NCBI GenBank assembly: GCA_963766325.1
Contig: CAVXZF010000007.1
Location: forward strand, 935,794-999,793
From: an uncultured Actinomycetota bacterium
GTDB lineage: Bacteria; Actinomycetota; Actinomycetes; Mycobacteriales; CADCTP01
Length of the DNA: 64,000 nucleotides
Direction: 5' to 3'
Shown: piece by piece, positions 17,180-25,340 of the stretch
Layout of the letters: the number at the start of each line of letters is the position of its first letter
Numbering within the stretch: position 1 is the stretch's first letter
Made by a program: the position numbers and the translations under genes
The notes under the pieces: model-generated
Databases searched by the model: none
Told to the model about the DNA's origin: nothing
Seen by the model: only the letters and a program-made list of their open reading frames with translations

Positions 17180-18391
17180 ATGGTCGCCATGGGAGCACGC
17201 GTGTCCGACCGCATCGGGGCGATCGCGGAGTCGGCGACCCTCGCCGTCGACGCCAAGGCGAAGGCGCTCAAGGCGGCCGGCCGGCCGGTGATCGGCTTCG
17301 GTGCCGGGGAGCCGGACTTTCCCACCCCGGAGCCGATCGTGGCCGCGGCGGCCGAGGCCTGCCGCGACCCCCGCAACCACCGCTACACGCCGGCCGCCGG
17401 GCTGCCGGAGCTGCGCGAGGCGATCGCCGCCAAGACCGACCGCGACTGCGGGCTGATCGTGCCGGCCGCCCAGGTGCTGGTCACCAACGGCGGCAAGCAG
17501 GCCGTCTACCAGGCCTTCGCCACCCTGCTCGACCCGGGCGACGAGGTGCTGCTGCCGGCGCCGTACTGGACGACCTACCCGGAGTCGATCGCGCTGGCCG
17601 GCGGGGTGCCGGTGCCGGTCGTCGCCGACGAGTCGACCGGCTACCTGGCCACCGTCGAGCAGCTCGAGGCGGCCCGGACGACGCGGACCAAGGTGCTGCT
17701 GTTCTGCTCGCCGTCCAACCCGACCGGTGCCGTCTACCCGCCCGAGCAGGTCGCGGCGATCGGCCGCTGGGCGGCGGAGGCCGGCCTCTGGGTCGTCACC
17801 GACGAGATCTACGAGCACCTGACGTACGGCGACGCCCGGCACGTCTCGATGCCGGTGGTCGCGCCGGAGATCGGGGACCGGTGCGTGGTCGTCAACGGGG
17901 TGGCGAAGACGTACGCGATGACCGGCTGGCGGGTCGGCTGGATGCTCGGCCCGGCCGACGTGATCAAGGCCGCCGCCAACCTGCAGTCCCACCTGACCAG
18001 CAACGTGGCCAACGTGGCGCAGCGGGCCGCGCTGGCCGCGGTGAGCGGCGACCTGACCGCGGTGCACGAGATGCGGGCCGCGTTCGACCGGCGCCGGCAG
18101 ACCATCGTCCGGATGCTGCGCGAGGTGCCCGGGGTGGAGTGCCCGGAGCCGTTCGGCGCGTTCTACGTCTACCCGTCGGTGCGCGGGCTGCTCGGCCGCG
18201 AGCTGCGCGGCCGCACGCCGGCGACGAGCGCCGAGCTGGCCGAGCTGATCCTGGAGGAGGCCGAGGTCGCGGTGGTGCCGGGCGAGGCCTTCGGCACCCC
18301 CGGCTACCTCCGGCTGTCGTACGCGCTCGGCGACGACGACCTGGCCGAGGGCATCACCCGCCTCCAGAAGCTGGCGGCGGAGGTTCGTTAG
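17180..18391 (+). CDS. pyridoxal-phosphate-dependent aminotransferase (aspartate aminotransferase-like, class I)
   Basis: [17 protein letters not shown]...[15 protein letters not shown]...[10 protein letters not shown]...[16 protein letters not shown] (PLP-lysine region). The start could be ATG 17180 or ATG 17189. The track start at 17096 is unlikely. Confidence 0.88.
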   Translation: MVAMGARVSDRIGAIAESATLAVDAKAKALKAAGRPVIGFGAGEPDFPTPEPIVAAAAEACRDPRNHRYTPAAGLPELREAIAAKTDRDCGLIVPAAQVLVTNGGKQAVYQAFATLLDPGDEVLLPAPYWTTYPESIALAGGVPVPVVADESTGYLATVEQLEAARTTRTKVLLFCSPSNPTGAVYPPEQVAAIGRWAAEAGLWVVTDEIYEHLTYGDARHVSMPVVAPEIGDRCVVVNGVAKTYAMTGWRVGWMLGPADVIKAAANLQSHLTSNVANVAQRAALAAVSGDLTAVHEMRAAFDRRRQTIVRMLREVPGVECPEPFGAFYVYPSVRGLLGRELRGRTPATSAELAELILEEAEVAVVPGEAFGTPGYLRLSYALGDDDLAEGITRLQKLAAEVR

Positions 18392-19848
18392 GGCAGGGCG
18401 CCGGCGTCCTGGAGGACCTTGACGGCGGCCGGCAGGGCGCTCAGCTGGGCGGCGAGGTCGGCCGGGCGGGCGATCCGCCAGGCGTTCGCGTTGACGTAGC
18501 AGCGGATGGCCGCGTCGAAGCGCACCGCGCCGGCCGCCTCCCGGGCGGCGGTCAGCGCGGACGCGCCCTTCGCGTACGTGGTCGTGTAGTAGGCCCGCTC
18601 GTCGTCCCCGTACGAGGCGGCCGAGTCGCCGACCCGGCCGGGCAGCCGCAGCGCCCGGTCGGTGGGGGTGCCGTCCACCAGCTCCTGCGCCCAGCTGGCG
18701 AACGCCTCGTCCAGCCACGGGTCGCGGGCCTGCGAGTTGCCGACCATGCCGTAGAACCACTGGTGGGCGACCTCGTGCACGGTGACCAGCCGGCTGTCGT
18801 CGAGCATCAGGATCGACCCCGGATACTCGATGCCGCCGCCGCCCAGCGGCAGCCGGGCCAGGCTGATGACCGGGTACGGCGGCGGGCCGAAGCGGCGGGC
18901 CAGCTCGCGCACCGCCCGGGTGGCCTCGGCCAGCAGCGCCTGCGGCCGGGCACCGGCCGGCACGCCGACCACCACCCGGGTGCCCGCCACGGTCCCCTCG
19001 GCCAGCTCGAACGGTCCGACCGCGACGCTGACGTCCCGGGCCCGGTCGGCCACCGAGTGCCAGCGCCGGCGGCCGTTGCCGGCGCTGGTCGGCAGGTCCG
19101 GGGTGCCGCTGCTGAGCACCGTGTACGCCGCCGGCGCGGTCACCGTGAGGTCGACCACGGCCGCCTCGCTGGTCGCGCTCTCCGCGGTGAACTGCAGCAG
19201 CGGCTCCTTGTGCCAGCCGACCCCGCGCTCCCAGGCGAGCAGCGGCTGCCCGCTGCCCCACCAGGCGTACTGCTGGAGCCGGCCGAACCGGTCGAACGCC
19301 TGCCGGCCGAGCGTGAGTGTGAAGCCGACCTGCGCGGTGACCTGCTGCCCGGCGGGCACCTCGCGGCCGAGCGGCACCACCAGGACGCCGCCCTGGGTGT
19401 CGGGCGAGGCGCCGGCCGGCTCGACCCGGTACGCGCCGCCCACCGGGTCAGCGGTGGCCGAGGTGATGTCGATCCGGTTGCCGCCGGCGACCGAGGGCGC
19501 CGTGTTGGCGGTCAACCGGAAGACCAGCTCGCGGACCGGCAGGTCGGGGGTGAAGGTGACCCGCTCGGTGCCGCGGACGGTGGCCAGGTCCTCGGCCAGG
19601 TCGAAGGTGAGCGTGATCCGCGGGCGGGCCGGGTCGGGCGCGACGTACGCGGCCGGGCAGCTGCCGCCACCGGCCGGCGGCGGCGCGCCGGGCGAGGCGG
19701 ACGGGTCGGCGGGGCTGGCCGACCCGCGGGCGTCCAGGAACGTGCCGGAGCCGCCGGAGCAGCCGGCCGCGAGCGCCGAGACCAGCGCCAGCACGGCGAG
19801 GCGGGACCGGCGGGGGGACCGGCCCGGCACGATGGTCAACAAGGGCAT
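18388..19848 (-). CDS. M1-family zinc metallopeptidase, lipoprotein
   Basis: 486 aa. Lipobox LAAGCSGG. Gluzincin motif [29 protein letters not shown] (HExxH-18-E). Confidence 0.8.
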   Translation of the reverse strand: MPLLTIVPGRSPRRSRLAVLALVSALAAGCSGGSGTFLDARGSASPADPSASPGAPPPAGGGSCPAAYVAPDPARPRITLTFDLAEDLATVRGTERVTFTPDLPVRELVFRLTANTAPSVAGGNRIDITSATADPVGGAYRVEPAGASPDTQGGVLVVPLGREVPAGQQVTAQVGFTLTLGRQAFDRFGRLQQYAWWGSGQPLLAWERGVGWHKEPLLQFTAESATSEAAVVDLTVTAPAAYTVLSSGTPDLPTSAGNGRRRWHSVADRARDVSVAVGPFELAEGTVAGTRVVVGVPAGARPQALLAEATRAVRELARRFGPPPYPVISLARLPLGGGGIEYPGSILMLDDSRLVTVHEVAHQWFYGMVGNSQARDPWLDEAFASWAQELVDGTPTDRALRLPGRVGDSAASYGDDERAYYTTTYAKGASALTAAREAAGAVRFDAAIRCYVNANAWRIARPADLAAQLSALPAAVKVLQDAGALP

Positions 19849-19922
19849 CGCCGGTCGAACGAGCCGGCCCGCGCGGAGGTGCCCGACCCGCCCACCCAGC
19901 CCACGTGGGCCCTGTGGACGGC

Positions 19923-20345
19923 TCAGGTGAGCTGGACGACCGCTCGGGCCCGGGCCAGCACCGTCTCACCGGCGGACCGCGCGCTCAGCTCCACCGAAAC
20001 CCGGTTGTCCGGCAGCTTCTCCGTCACCTTGCCGCTGACCTCGAGGGTCGCGCCGGTGTCGTCGTCGGGCACCACCACCGGCCGGGTGAAGCGCACGCCG
20101 TACTCCACCACCGCGCCGGGGTCGCCGGTCCAGTCGGTGAGCACCCGGGCCGCCTCGGCCATGGTGAACATGCCGTGCGCGATCACGTCCGGCAGCCCGA
20201 CCGCCTTCGCGAACCGCTCGTTCCAGTGGATCGGGTTGAAGTCGCCCGAGGCCCCCGCATACATGACCAGGTTGACCCGCTGGACCGGGAAGGTCCGCGC
20301 GGGCAGCTCGGTGCCCACCTCGACCTCGTCGTACCGCACCGCCAC
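19923..20345 (-). CDS. MaoC-family (R)-specific hydratase/dehydratase, HadB-like catalytic subunit
   Basis: 140 aa. Hydratase-2 motif YAGASGDFNPIHWNERFA. Same position as mycobacterial hadB (rpmG-hadABC-tRNA-Trp-secE synteny). Confidence 0.8.
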   Translation of the reverse strand: MAVRYDEVEVGTELPARTFPVQRVNLVMYAGASGDFNPIHWNERFAKAVGLPDVIAHGMFTMAEAARVLTDWTGDPGAVVEYGVRFTRPVVVPDDDTGATLEVSGKVTEKLPDNRVSVELSARSAGETVLARARAVVQLT

Positions 20346-20347
20346 CG

Positions 20348-20800
20348 TCAGCCTCCCGCCGTGCCGCGCGCCACCAGGGTCGAGTACGTCGTCAGGACCG
20401 GCTCGCCATCCACCGTCGCCACGTCGCCGCGGGTGGTGAGGATGTCGTTGCCGCCCGCCGAGCGGATCGTCTCCACCGAGACCACCACGGTCAGCCGGTC
20501 GCCGGCCCGCACCGGGCGGCTGTGGACGAAGCGCTGCTCGCCGTGCACCACCCGGCTGTAGTCCAGGCCCAGCTCGGGGTCGGCGACGACCTGCACCCCG
20601 GCCCGCATGGACAGCACGATGGCGAAGGTCGGCGGCGCGATCACGTCCGGGTGGCCGAGCGCGCGGGCCGCCTCCGGGTCGCGGTAGACCGGGCTCGGGT
20701 CGCCGATCGCGTCCGCGAACTCGCGGATCTTCTCCCGGCCCACCTCGTACGGCTCCGTGGGCGGGTACTTCCGGCCGACGAAGGACTGGTCGAGCGCCAC
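20348..20800 (-). CDS. MaoC-like dehydratase N-terminal-type partner (HadA-like)
   Basis: 150 aa, MALDQSFVGRKYPPTEPYEVGREKIREFADAIGDPSPVYRDPEAARALGHPDVIAPPTF. Ends 2 nt before the HadB-like start. Confidence 0.75.
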   Translation of the reverse strand: MALDQSFVGRKYPPTEPYEVGREKIREFADAIGDPSPVYRDPEAARALGHPDVIAPPTFAIVLSMRAGVQVVADPELGLDYSRVVHGEQRFVHSRPVRAGDRLTVVVSVETIRSAGGNDILTTRGDVATVDGEPVLTTYSTLVARGTAGG

Positions 20801-21610
20801 CTACATCACTCCCAGCTGTCCACCGGTGACCGGGATGGTCACCCCGGTCACGAAGTCGCTGTCCGGGCCGGCCAGGAACGCGTGCACGGCGGCCACGTCC
20901 TCGGGGACCCCGGGCCGGCCGAGAGCGGTGATCATGACCGCCAGCTGCCGGATCTGCTCCGGCACGCCGATCTCGTCGCCCTCGCCCTTGGCCGCGGTCA
21001 GCCGGGTCTCGATGAAGCCCGGGGCGACCGCGTTGACGGTGATGCCGAACGGGCCCAGCTCGCGGGCCAGCGTCCGGGTGAACGAGATGATCGCGCCCTT
21101 GGCCGCGGTGTAGTTGGCCTGGCCGGGGTTGCCGGTGATGGCGGCCGAGCTGCTGGTGTTGATGATCTTGCGCACGTACGACACCTGGCCGGTCGCCTTG
21201 AGCTCGGCCTTGGCCACCTCGCGCATGTGCGGCATCGCCGCCTGGCAGCAGTGCACCGCGGTCTTCAGGTTGACGTTGAGGACGAGGTCGAAGACGTCGT
21301 CGTCCAGGTTGTGGAACATCTTGTCCCGGGTGATCCCGGCGTTGTTGATCAAGATGTCGAGCTTGCCGTGCTCGGCGACCGTGGCGCCGGTCAGCTCCCG
21401 GGCGGCGGTCAGGTCGACCGTATTGGCCAGGCTGACGCTGGCGGTGCCGCCGGCCTGCTTGACCAGCTCTGCGGTCTCGTGCGCCGGCTCGGCGTCCACG
21501 TCGTTGACCACGACCGCGGCGCCGTCGGCGGCCAGCCGGAGCGCGGTGGCCCGGCCGATGCCGCGGCCCGCGCCGGTGACGATCGCGACCTTGCCGTCCA
21601 GCCTGCCCAC
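20801..21610 (-). CDS. short-chain dehydrogenase/reductase (3-oxoacyl-ACP reductase-like)
   Basis: GTG start at 21610 with a GAGGAGG RBS. VGRLDGKVAIVTGAGRGIGRATA (TGxxxGxG), NNAGI and a YxxxK region. The track ORF to 21787 overlaps rpmG and is an extension. Confidence 0.85.
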   Translation of the reverse strand: MGRLDGKVAIVTGAGRGIGRATALRLAADGAAVVVNDVDAEPAHETAELVKQAGGTASVSLANTVDLTAARELTGATVAEHGKLDILINNAGITRDKMFHNLDDDVFDLVLNVNLKTAVHCCQAAMPHMREVAKAELKATGQVSYVRKIINTSSSAAITGNPGQANYTAAKGAIISFTRTLARELGPFGITVNAVAPGFIETRLTAAKGEGDEIGVPEQIRQLAVMITALGRPGVPEDVAAVHAFLAGPDSDFVTGVTIPVTGGQLGVM

Positions 21611-21669
21611 CGGCGCCTCCTCGAGCCCGAGTTCCCGGCCCGACCCTACCGGCGGGTAGGGATCTGGAT

Positions 21670-21834
21670 CTAGCGGGTCTCGCGGTGGTCGGTGTGGTGC
21701 CCGCAGTTCGGGCAGAACTTCTTCATCTCCAGGCGGTCCGGGTCGTTGCGCCGGTTCTTCCGGGTGATGTAGTTGCGGTGCTTGCACACCTGGCAGGCCA
21801 TGGTGATCTTCGGGCGGATATCGGTGGCGGCCAC
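21670..21834 (-). CDS. rpmG: 50S ribosomal protein L33
   Basis: 54 aa from the GTG at 21834: [54 protein letters not shown]. Confidence 0.93.
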   Translation of the reverse strand: MAATDIRPKITMACQVCKHRNYITRKNRRNDPDRLEMKKFCPNCGHHTDHRETR

Positions 21835-21876
21835 GTCGGCGGTGCCTCTCTCGGTGCTGCGGGCGGGTGGTCGGTC

Positions 21877-21953
21877 TGGTAGCGGGGGCCGGACTTGAAC
21901 CGGCGACACAGCGATTATGAGCCGCTTGCTCTGCCTGACTGAGCTACCCCGCC
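21877..21953 (-). tRNA. tRNA-Met (anticodon CAT), encoded CCA end
   Basis: Reverse complement GGCGGGGTAGCTCAGTCAGGCAGAGCAAGCGGCTCATAATCGCTGTGTCGCCGGTTCAAGTCCGGCCCCCGCTACCA. Cloverleaf by eye; anticodon loop CTCATAA. Confidence 0.9.
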
Positions 21954-21982
21954 CCGGCGGCGGCGCGCCGGCCGCCGCACAG

Positions 21983-22055
21983 AGCCCCCTTACGGAATCG
22001 AACCGTAGACCTTCTCCTTACCATGGAGACGCTCTGCCGACTGAGCTAAGGGGGC
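21983..22055 (-). tRNA. tRNA-Thr (anticodon GGT)
   Basis: Reverse complement GCCCCCTTAGCTCAGTCGGCAGAGCGTCTCCATGGTAAGGAGAAGGTCTACGGTTCGATTCCGTAAGGGGGCT. Anticodon loop ATGGTAA. Confidence 0.9.
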
Positions 22056-22113
22056 GAGCGGAGCAAAGGGTACACGGTCGGCGGCCGCCCCCGCGCCACC
22101 CCCCTCGGGGGCT

Positions 22114-22301
22114 CTGCCCATCGGCTCGGCTCCGGGCTCGCTCCGCTCCTCGGGCGCCTGGGGCGCCCTGCGATGCTCACTCCCCCCTCACCTCACCCTG
22201 CCCATCGGCTCGGCTCCGGGCTCGCTCCGCTCCTCGGGCGCCTGGGGCGCCCTGCGATGCTCACTCCCCCCTCACCTCACCCTGCCCATCGGCTCGGCTC
22301 C
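22114..22301. repeat. 84-bp direct tandem repeat, ~2.2 copies (units start at 22114, 22198 and 22282)
   Basis: The two full units read identical by eye, and the third is truncated after ~20 nt. Each full unit carries the hairpin GGGCGCC-TGG-GGCGCCC. The array sits between the GGDEF-EAL stop (22307) and the tRNA-Thr 5' end (22055). Confidence 0.9.
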
Positions 22302-22306
22302 CTCGC

Positions 22307-24859
22307 TCAGGCAGTGAGCAGGTGCAGCCGCCGTCCGCGCACCCCGGGCTGCCCGGGCCGGATCGCGGTCCGCGCCGACAGCCAGGCGTCCAGCCGGTCC
22401 GGGTCCAGCGCGCGGCTGACCAGGTAGCCCTGGATCACGTCGCAGTCGTTGCCGGCCAGCAGGTCGCGGGCCAGCTCGTCCTCGACGCCCTCGGCCACCA
22501 CCCGCAGGCCCAGGCTGTGGCCCAGCTCGATGATCGCCCGCACGATGGCCAGGTCGCCGAGATCCGTCCCCATGCTGAAGACGAACTCCTTGTCGATCTT
22601 GACCTCGTCCACCGGCAGCCGGCGCAGCTGGGACAGCGAGGAGTAGCCCGTGCCGAAGTCGTCGATGGACAGCCCGGTGCCGAGCTCGTGCAGCCGGTGC
22701 AGCACCGGCTTCATCCGGTCCGGGTCGGTCATCACGCTGGACTCGGTCAGCTCGAAGCTGACCATCTCGGCCGGCACCTCGTGCTCGGCCAGCAGCGCGG
22801 CGACCCGGTCCGGGAACTCGGCGTCCAGCAGCGTCCGGGCCGACAGGTTGACCGCGACCGGGATGCGCAGGTCCCGGTCCAGCCAGGCCCGGCACTGCTC
22901 CAACGAGATCCGCAGCACGTGGTCGGTGAGGATGCCGATCAGCCCGGTGACCTCGGCCAGCGGGACGAACCGGTCCGGCACGACCTCGCCGAACTCCGGG
23001 TGGTTCCACCGGACCAGGGCCTCGACGCCGACCAGCTCCCGGGAGCGCAGGTTGACCTTGGGCTGGTAGCGGACCACCACCTGGCCCTCGCCGAGCGCGG
23101 CCCGCAGCTCGGTGACCAGCCGGAGCCGCTGCAGGCTCTCCTGCTCCATGGACGGGTCGTAGACGGTGATGTGCCGGCCCACGTTCTTGGCGTTGGACAG
23201 GGCCACGTCGACCCGGCGCATCATGGTGGAGCCGTCGTCGCCGTGCTCCGGGGCCAGCGCCACCCCGGCCGTGGCGGCGGCGTCGATGGTGAGCCCGGCC
23301 AGCGGGTACGAGGTCGACACCGCGGCACGCAGGGAGCGGGCCAGCTCGGCGGCGGCCGCTCCGTCCGGCACCCGGCTGACCACCGCGAACTCGTCCGCGC
23401 CGACCCGGGCGACCATCGCGTCGGGCGGGGACGCGGCCCGCAGCCGGCCGCCGACCAGCATCAGCAGCTGGTCGCCCCAGGTGTGCCCGAGCGAGTCGTT
23501 GACCTCCTTGAAGCGGTCCAGGTCGAGCTGGACCAGGGCCACCACGCCCGCGCCGCCGGCCTCGATCGCGGCGTCGATGTGCTGGCTCAGCTTGGACCGG
23601 GTGGGAAGGTCGGTGAGCTGGTCGTGGTACGCCGCGTGCCGCAGCCGGGCGACCAGCTCCTGGTTCTCCAGCGCCGAGGTGAGGTGGGCGCCGAGGTTTT
23701 CCACCAGGTGCACGTCCTCGCCGGAGAACGAGGTCATCTCGCCCTGCCGGTCCTGCAGCTCCAGGTAGCCGCGGACCCGGCTGCCGCTGCGCAGCGGCAC
23801 CGCGATGACCTCCTCGGCGCCCCGCTCGTGCAGTGCGGCGAGCACCACGTCCGGCGTACGGCGGCGGTCGAAGAGCAGCCCGCCGCGGCTGTCGAGCACC
23901 CGCTTGGTCAGCGCGTCCGCGCGCGGCGCCGGCCGGGTGACGACCGGGCCGTCGCTGACCTCCGTGACCACCAGGTCGCCGTCGTCGAGCAGCAGTCCGA
24001 GCCGGACCACCTCGGCGTTCACCCCGGCGCGGATCTCCTGCAGCGCGACCGCGAGCGGGCCGTCCATGCCGCGTACCTGCTCCAGCAGCCGGCTGAACCG
24101 GTACACCCGGTCGAGCACCTGGTGCTGCTTGCGGGAGCGCGCGTAGCCGCGGTACGCCACGTACAGCACCACGCCGAGGATCGTGATCAGCGCCCCGGAC
24201 CAGGGTGCGACCGACAGGCTCACCACGACGATCAGCGCGATCGCGGTGTTGAGCAGCGCGGACAGCAGGCCGGTGCCGAGCCCGCCGAGGGCCTCCCGCC
24301 ACGGCGGCATCAGGTCGGTGAGCACGATCACCGCCAGCACCGAGCCGTGCGACACCACCGACGCGACCGCGATCGCCGCGGCGGCCGCCAGCCAGGACCA
24401 CGGGTCGACCGCCTCGATCGGGTGCGCCGCCAGCGCGTGGAAGACGGTCAGCGCGAGCGCGGTCTCGGCCGCGAAGAGGCACAGGTTGAAGAGGATCTTG
24501 ATCGGCGGCCGCCGCCGCACGATCATCAGCGCCGCGGCGGCCACCAGCCGGACGGTGAGCAGGACGAGCGGGTCGACGAAGAAGAGACCGAGGACGAGCG
24601 GCAGGTCGGAGACCGAGATGGAGTACGTCTCCCGATGGAACTCGACGTGCAGCTGGGTCGCCTCGGCGGCGACGAAGACCGCCAGCAGGATCGCGGCGGG
24701 GAGCAGGTCGGACGTGGAGAGCGGCCCACCGTACAGCGAGCCGGTGAACAGGCCGCAGGCCACCGCGACGACCGCCAGCACGGACGCGATGACCAGCGGC
24801 GCCCGCGGCAACGAACGCGCCGGGACCGGCGCCGCTCGGACCTCGGTTGACCCTGCCAC
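22307..24859 (-). CDS. membrane-bound GAF-GGDEF-EAL signalling protein (c-di-GMP turnover; GGDEF motif degenerate, GADEF)
   Basis: 850 aa. Multi-TM N-terminus and a GAF-like segment. RVGADEFAVV in place of GGDEF. EAL domain with EALVRW, DDFGTGYSSL and KIDKEF. Confidence 0.88.
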   Translation of the reverse strand: MAGSTEVRAAPVPARSLPRAPLVIASVLAVVAVACGLFTGSLYGGPLSTSDLLPAAILLAVFVAAEATQLHVEFHRETYSISVSDLPLVLGLFFVDPLVLLTVRLVAAAALMIVRRRPPIKILFNLCLFAAETALALTVFHALAAHPIEAVDPWSWLAAAAAIAVASVVSHGSVLAVIVLTDLMPPWREALGGLGTGLLSALLNTAIALIVVVSLSVAPWSGALITILGVVLYVAYRGYARSRKQHQVLDRVYRFSRLLEQVRGMDGPLAVALQEIRAGVNAEVVRLGLLLDDGDLVVTEVSDGPVVTRPAPRADALTKRVLDSRGGLLFDRRRTPDVVLAALHERGAEEVIAVPLRSGSRVRGYLELQDRQGEMTSFSGEDVHLVENLGAHLTSALENQELVARLRHAAYHDQLTDLPTRSKLSQHIDAAIEAGGAGVVALVQLDLDRFKEVNDSLGHTWGDQLLMLVGGRLRAASPPDAMVARVGADEFAVVSRVPDGAAAAELARSLRAAVSTSYPLAGLTIDAAATAGVALAPEHGDDGSTMMRRVDVALSNAKNVGRHITVYDPSMEQESLQRLRLVTELRAALGEGQVVVRYQPKVNLRSRELVGVEALVRWNHPEFGEVVPDRFVPLAEVTGLIGILTDHVLRISLEQCRAWLDRDLRIPVAVNLSARTLLDAEFPDRVAALLAEHEVPAEMVSFELTESSVMTDPDRMKPVLHRLHELGTGLSIDDFGTGYSSLSQLRRLPVDEVKIDKEFVFSMGTDLGDLAIVRAIIELGHSLGLRVVAEGVEDELARDLLAGNDCDVIQGYLVSRALDPDRLDAWLSARTAIRPGQPGVRGRRLHLLTA

Positions 24860-24964
24860 GCGTCGCTCCGTCTCGGGGGATCCTGCGACAGCATGCCACG
24901 AGACCGGGCCAGGATCATCCGGTTCCGGCCACCCAGACAGGGGCCGGGGGTCCGGAGCTAAGGA

Positions 24965-25096
24965 TCAGTTCCAGCTGGCCCCGTCCATCACGTTCCAGCT
25001 GGCGCCGTCCATCACATTCCAGCTGGCGCCGTCCAGGAGATTCCAGCTCGCGCCGTCCAGGAGATTCCAGCTGGCGCCATCGAGGAGAGCGGACAT
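24965..25096 (-). CDS. unannotated small ORF: 43-aa tandem-octapeptide repeat peptide MSA-(LLDGASWN)x3-(VMDGASWN)x2
   Basis: ATG at 25096 with AAGGAG 6 nt upstream; TGA at 24965-24967. Within the DGASWN core, all differences between the five repeats are synonymous (gat/gac, gcc/gcg, ggc/ggg, aat/aac). Below the 60-aa cutoff of the ORF track. Confidence 0.6.
   Translation of the reverse strand: MSALLDGASWNLLDGASWNLLDGASWNVMDGASWNVMDGASWN
24968..25087. repeat. 24-bp tandem repeat x5 (the coding repeat of the small ORF), each unit carrying CCAGCTGG or a variant
   Basis: Direct reading gives five head-to-tail 24-nt units (ttccagctggcgccgtcc + atcaca/aggaga). Confidence 0.9.
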
Positions 25097-25340
25097 GGAA
25101 GGCTCCTTAACCGTCACGGGGAGGGACCGAACCGCTCGACCCGCCGCCGGTCCCCGCGAACGAGTAGATGTGCAGAGAGTAGCCGTCGCAGGCGCGATAA
25201 GGGAATTACGGGCCTAGTTCGGACACGCTCTGCAACGAAATCTGCTGGCACAGTTAGGGGGTACTGACCCGTCCTGGTGACCCATAGCGTGTCGCTCAGC
25301 GCATAAGTGACCGAACCACGACAAGCGGGAAGGTGCCTCG

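Noticed and set aside
16682-19261. 859-aa minus-strand ORF
   Set aside because: Chimeric read-through. Only the last 86 aa are SecE. Upstream it crosses the tRNA-Trp gene and runs antisense to the aminotransferase gene.
22114-22301. The 84-bp tandem repeat as a CRISPR array
   Set aside because: There are no unique spacers between units, the unit length is atypical, and there are no cas genes in the window.
21917-24850. 977-aa plus-strand ORF (and the 875-aa minus ORF at 22272-24899)
   Set aside because: The plus ORF starts inside the tRNA genes and is antisense to the GGDEF-EAL gene. The 875-aa minus ORF is the wrong frame of the same gene (Arg/Pro/Gly-rich). The 850-aa frame carries the GAF, GGDEF and EAL motifs.
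24968-25087. The 5x24-bp repeat array as a CRISPR array or iteron/operator array
   Set aside because: The units are contiguous with no spacers, so it is not a CRISPR array. An operator-array reading is less likely than a coding one, because the array is in frame behind a strong SD and ATG, and because variation in the core is exclusively synonymous, including a change that destroys the CCAGCTGG palindrome. The DNA-level role is kept as an alternative in the corresponding finding.
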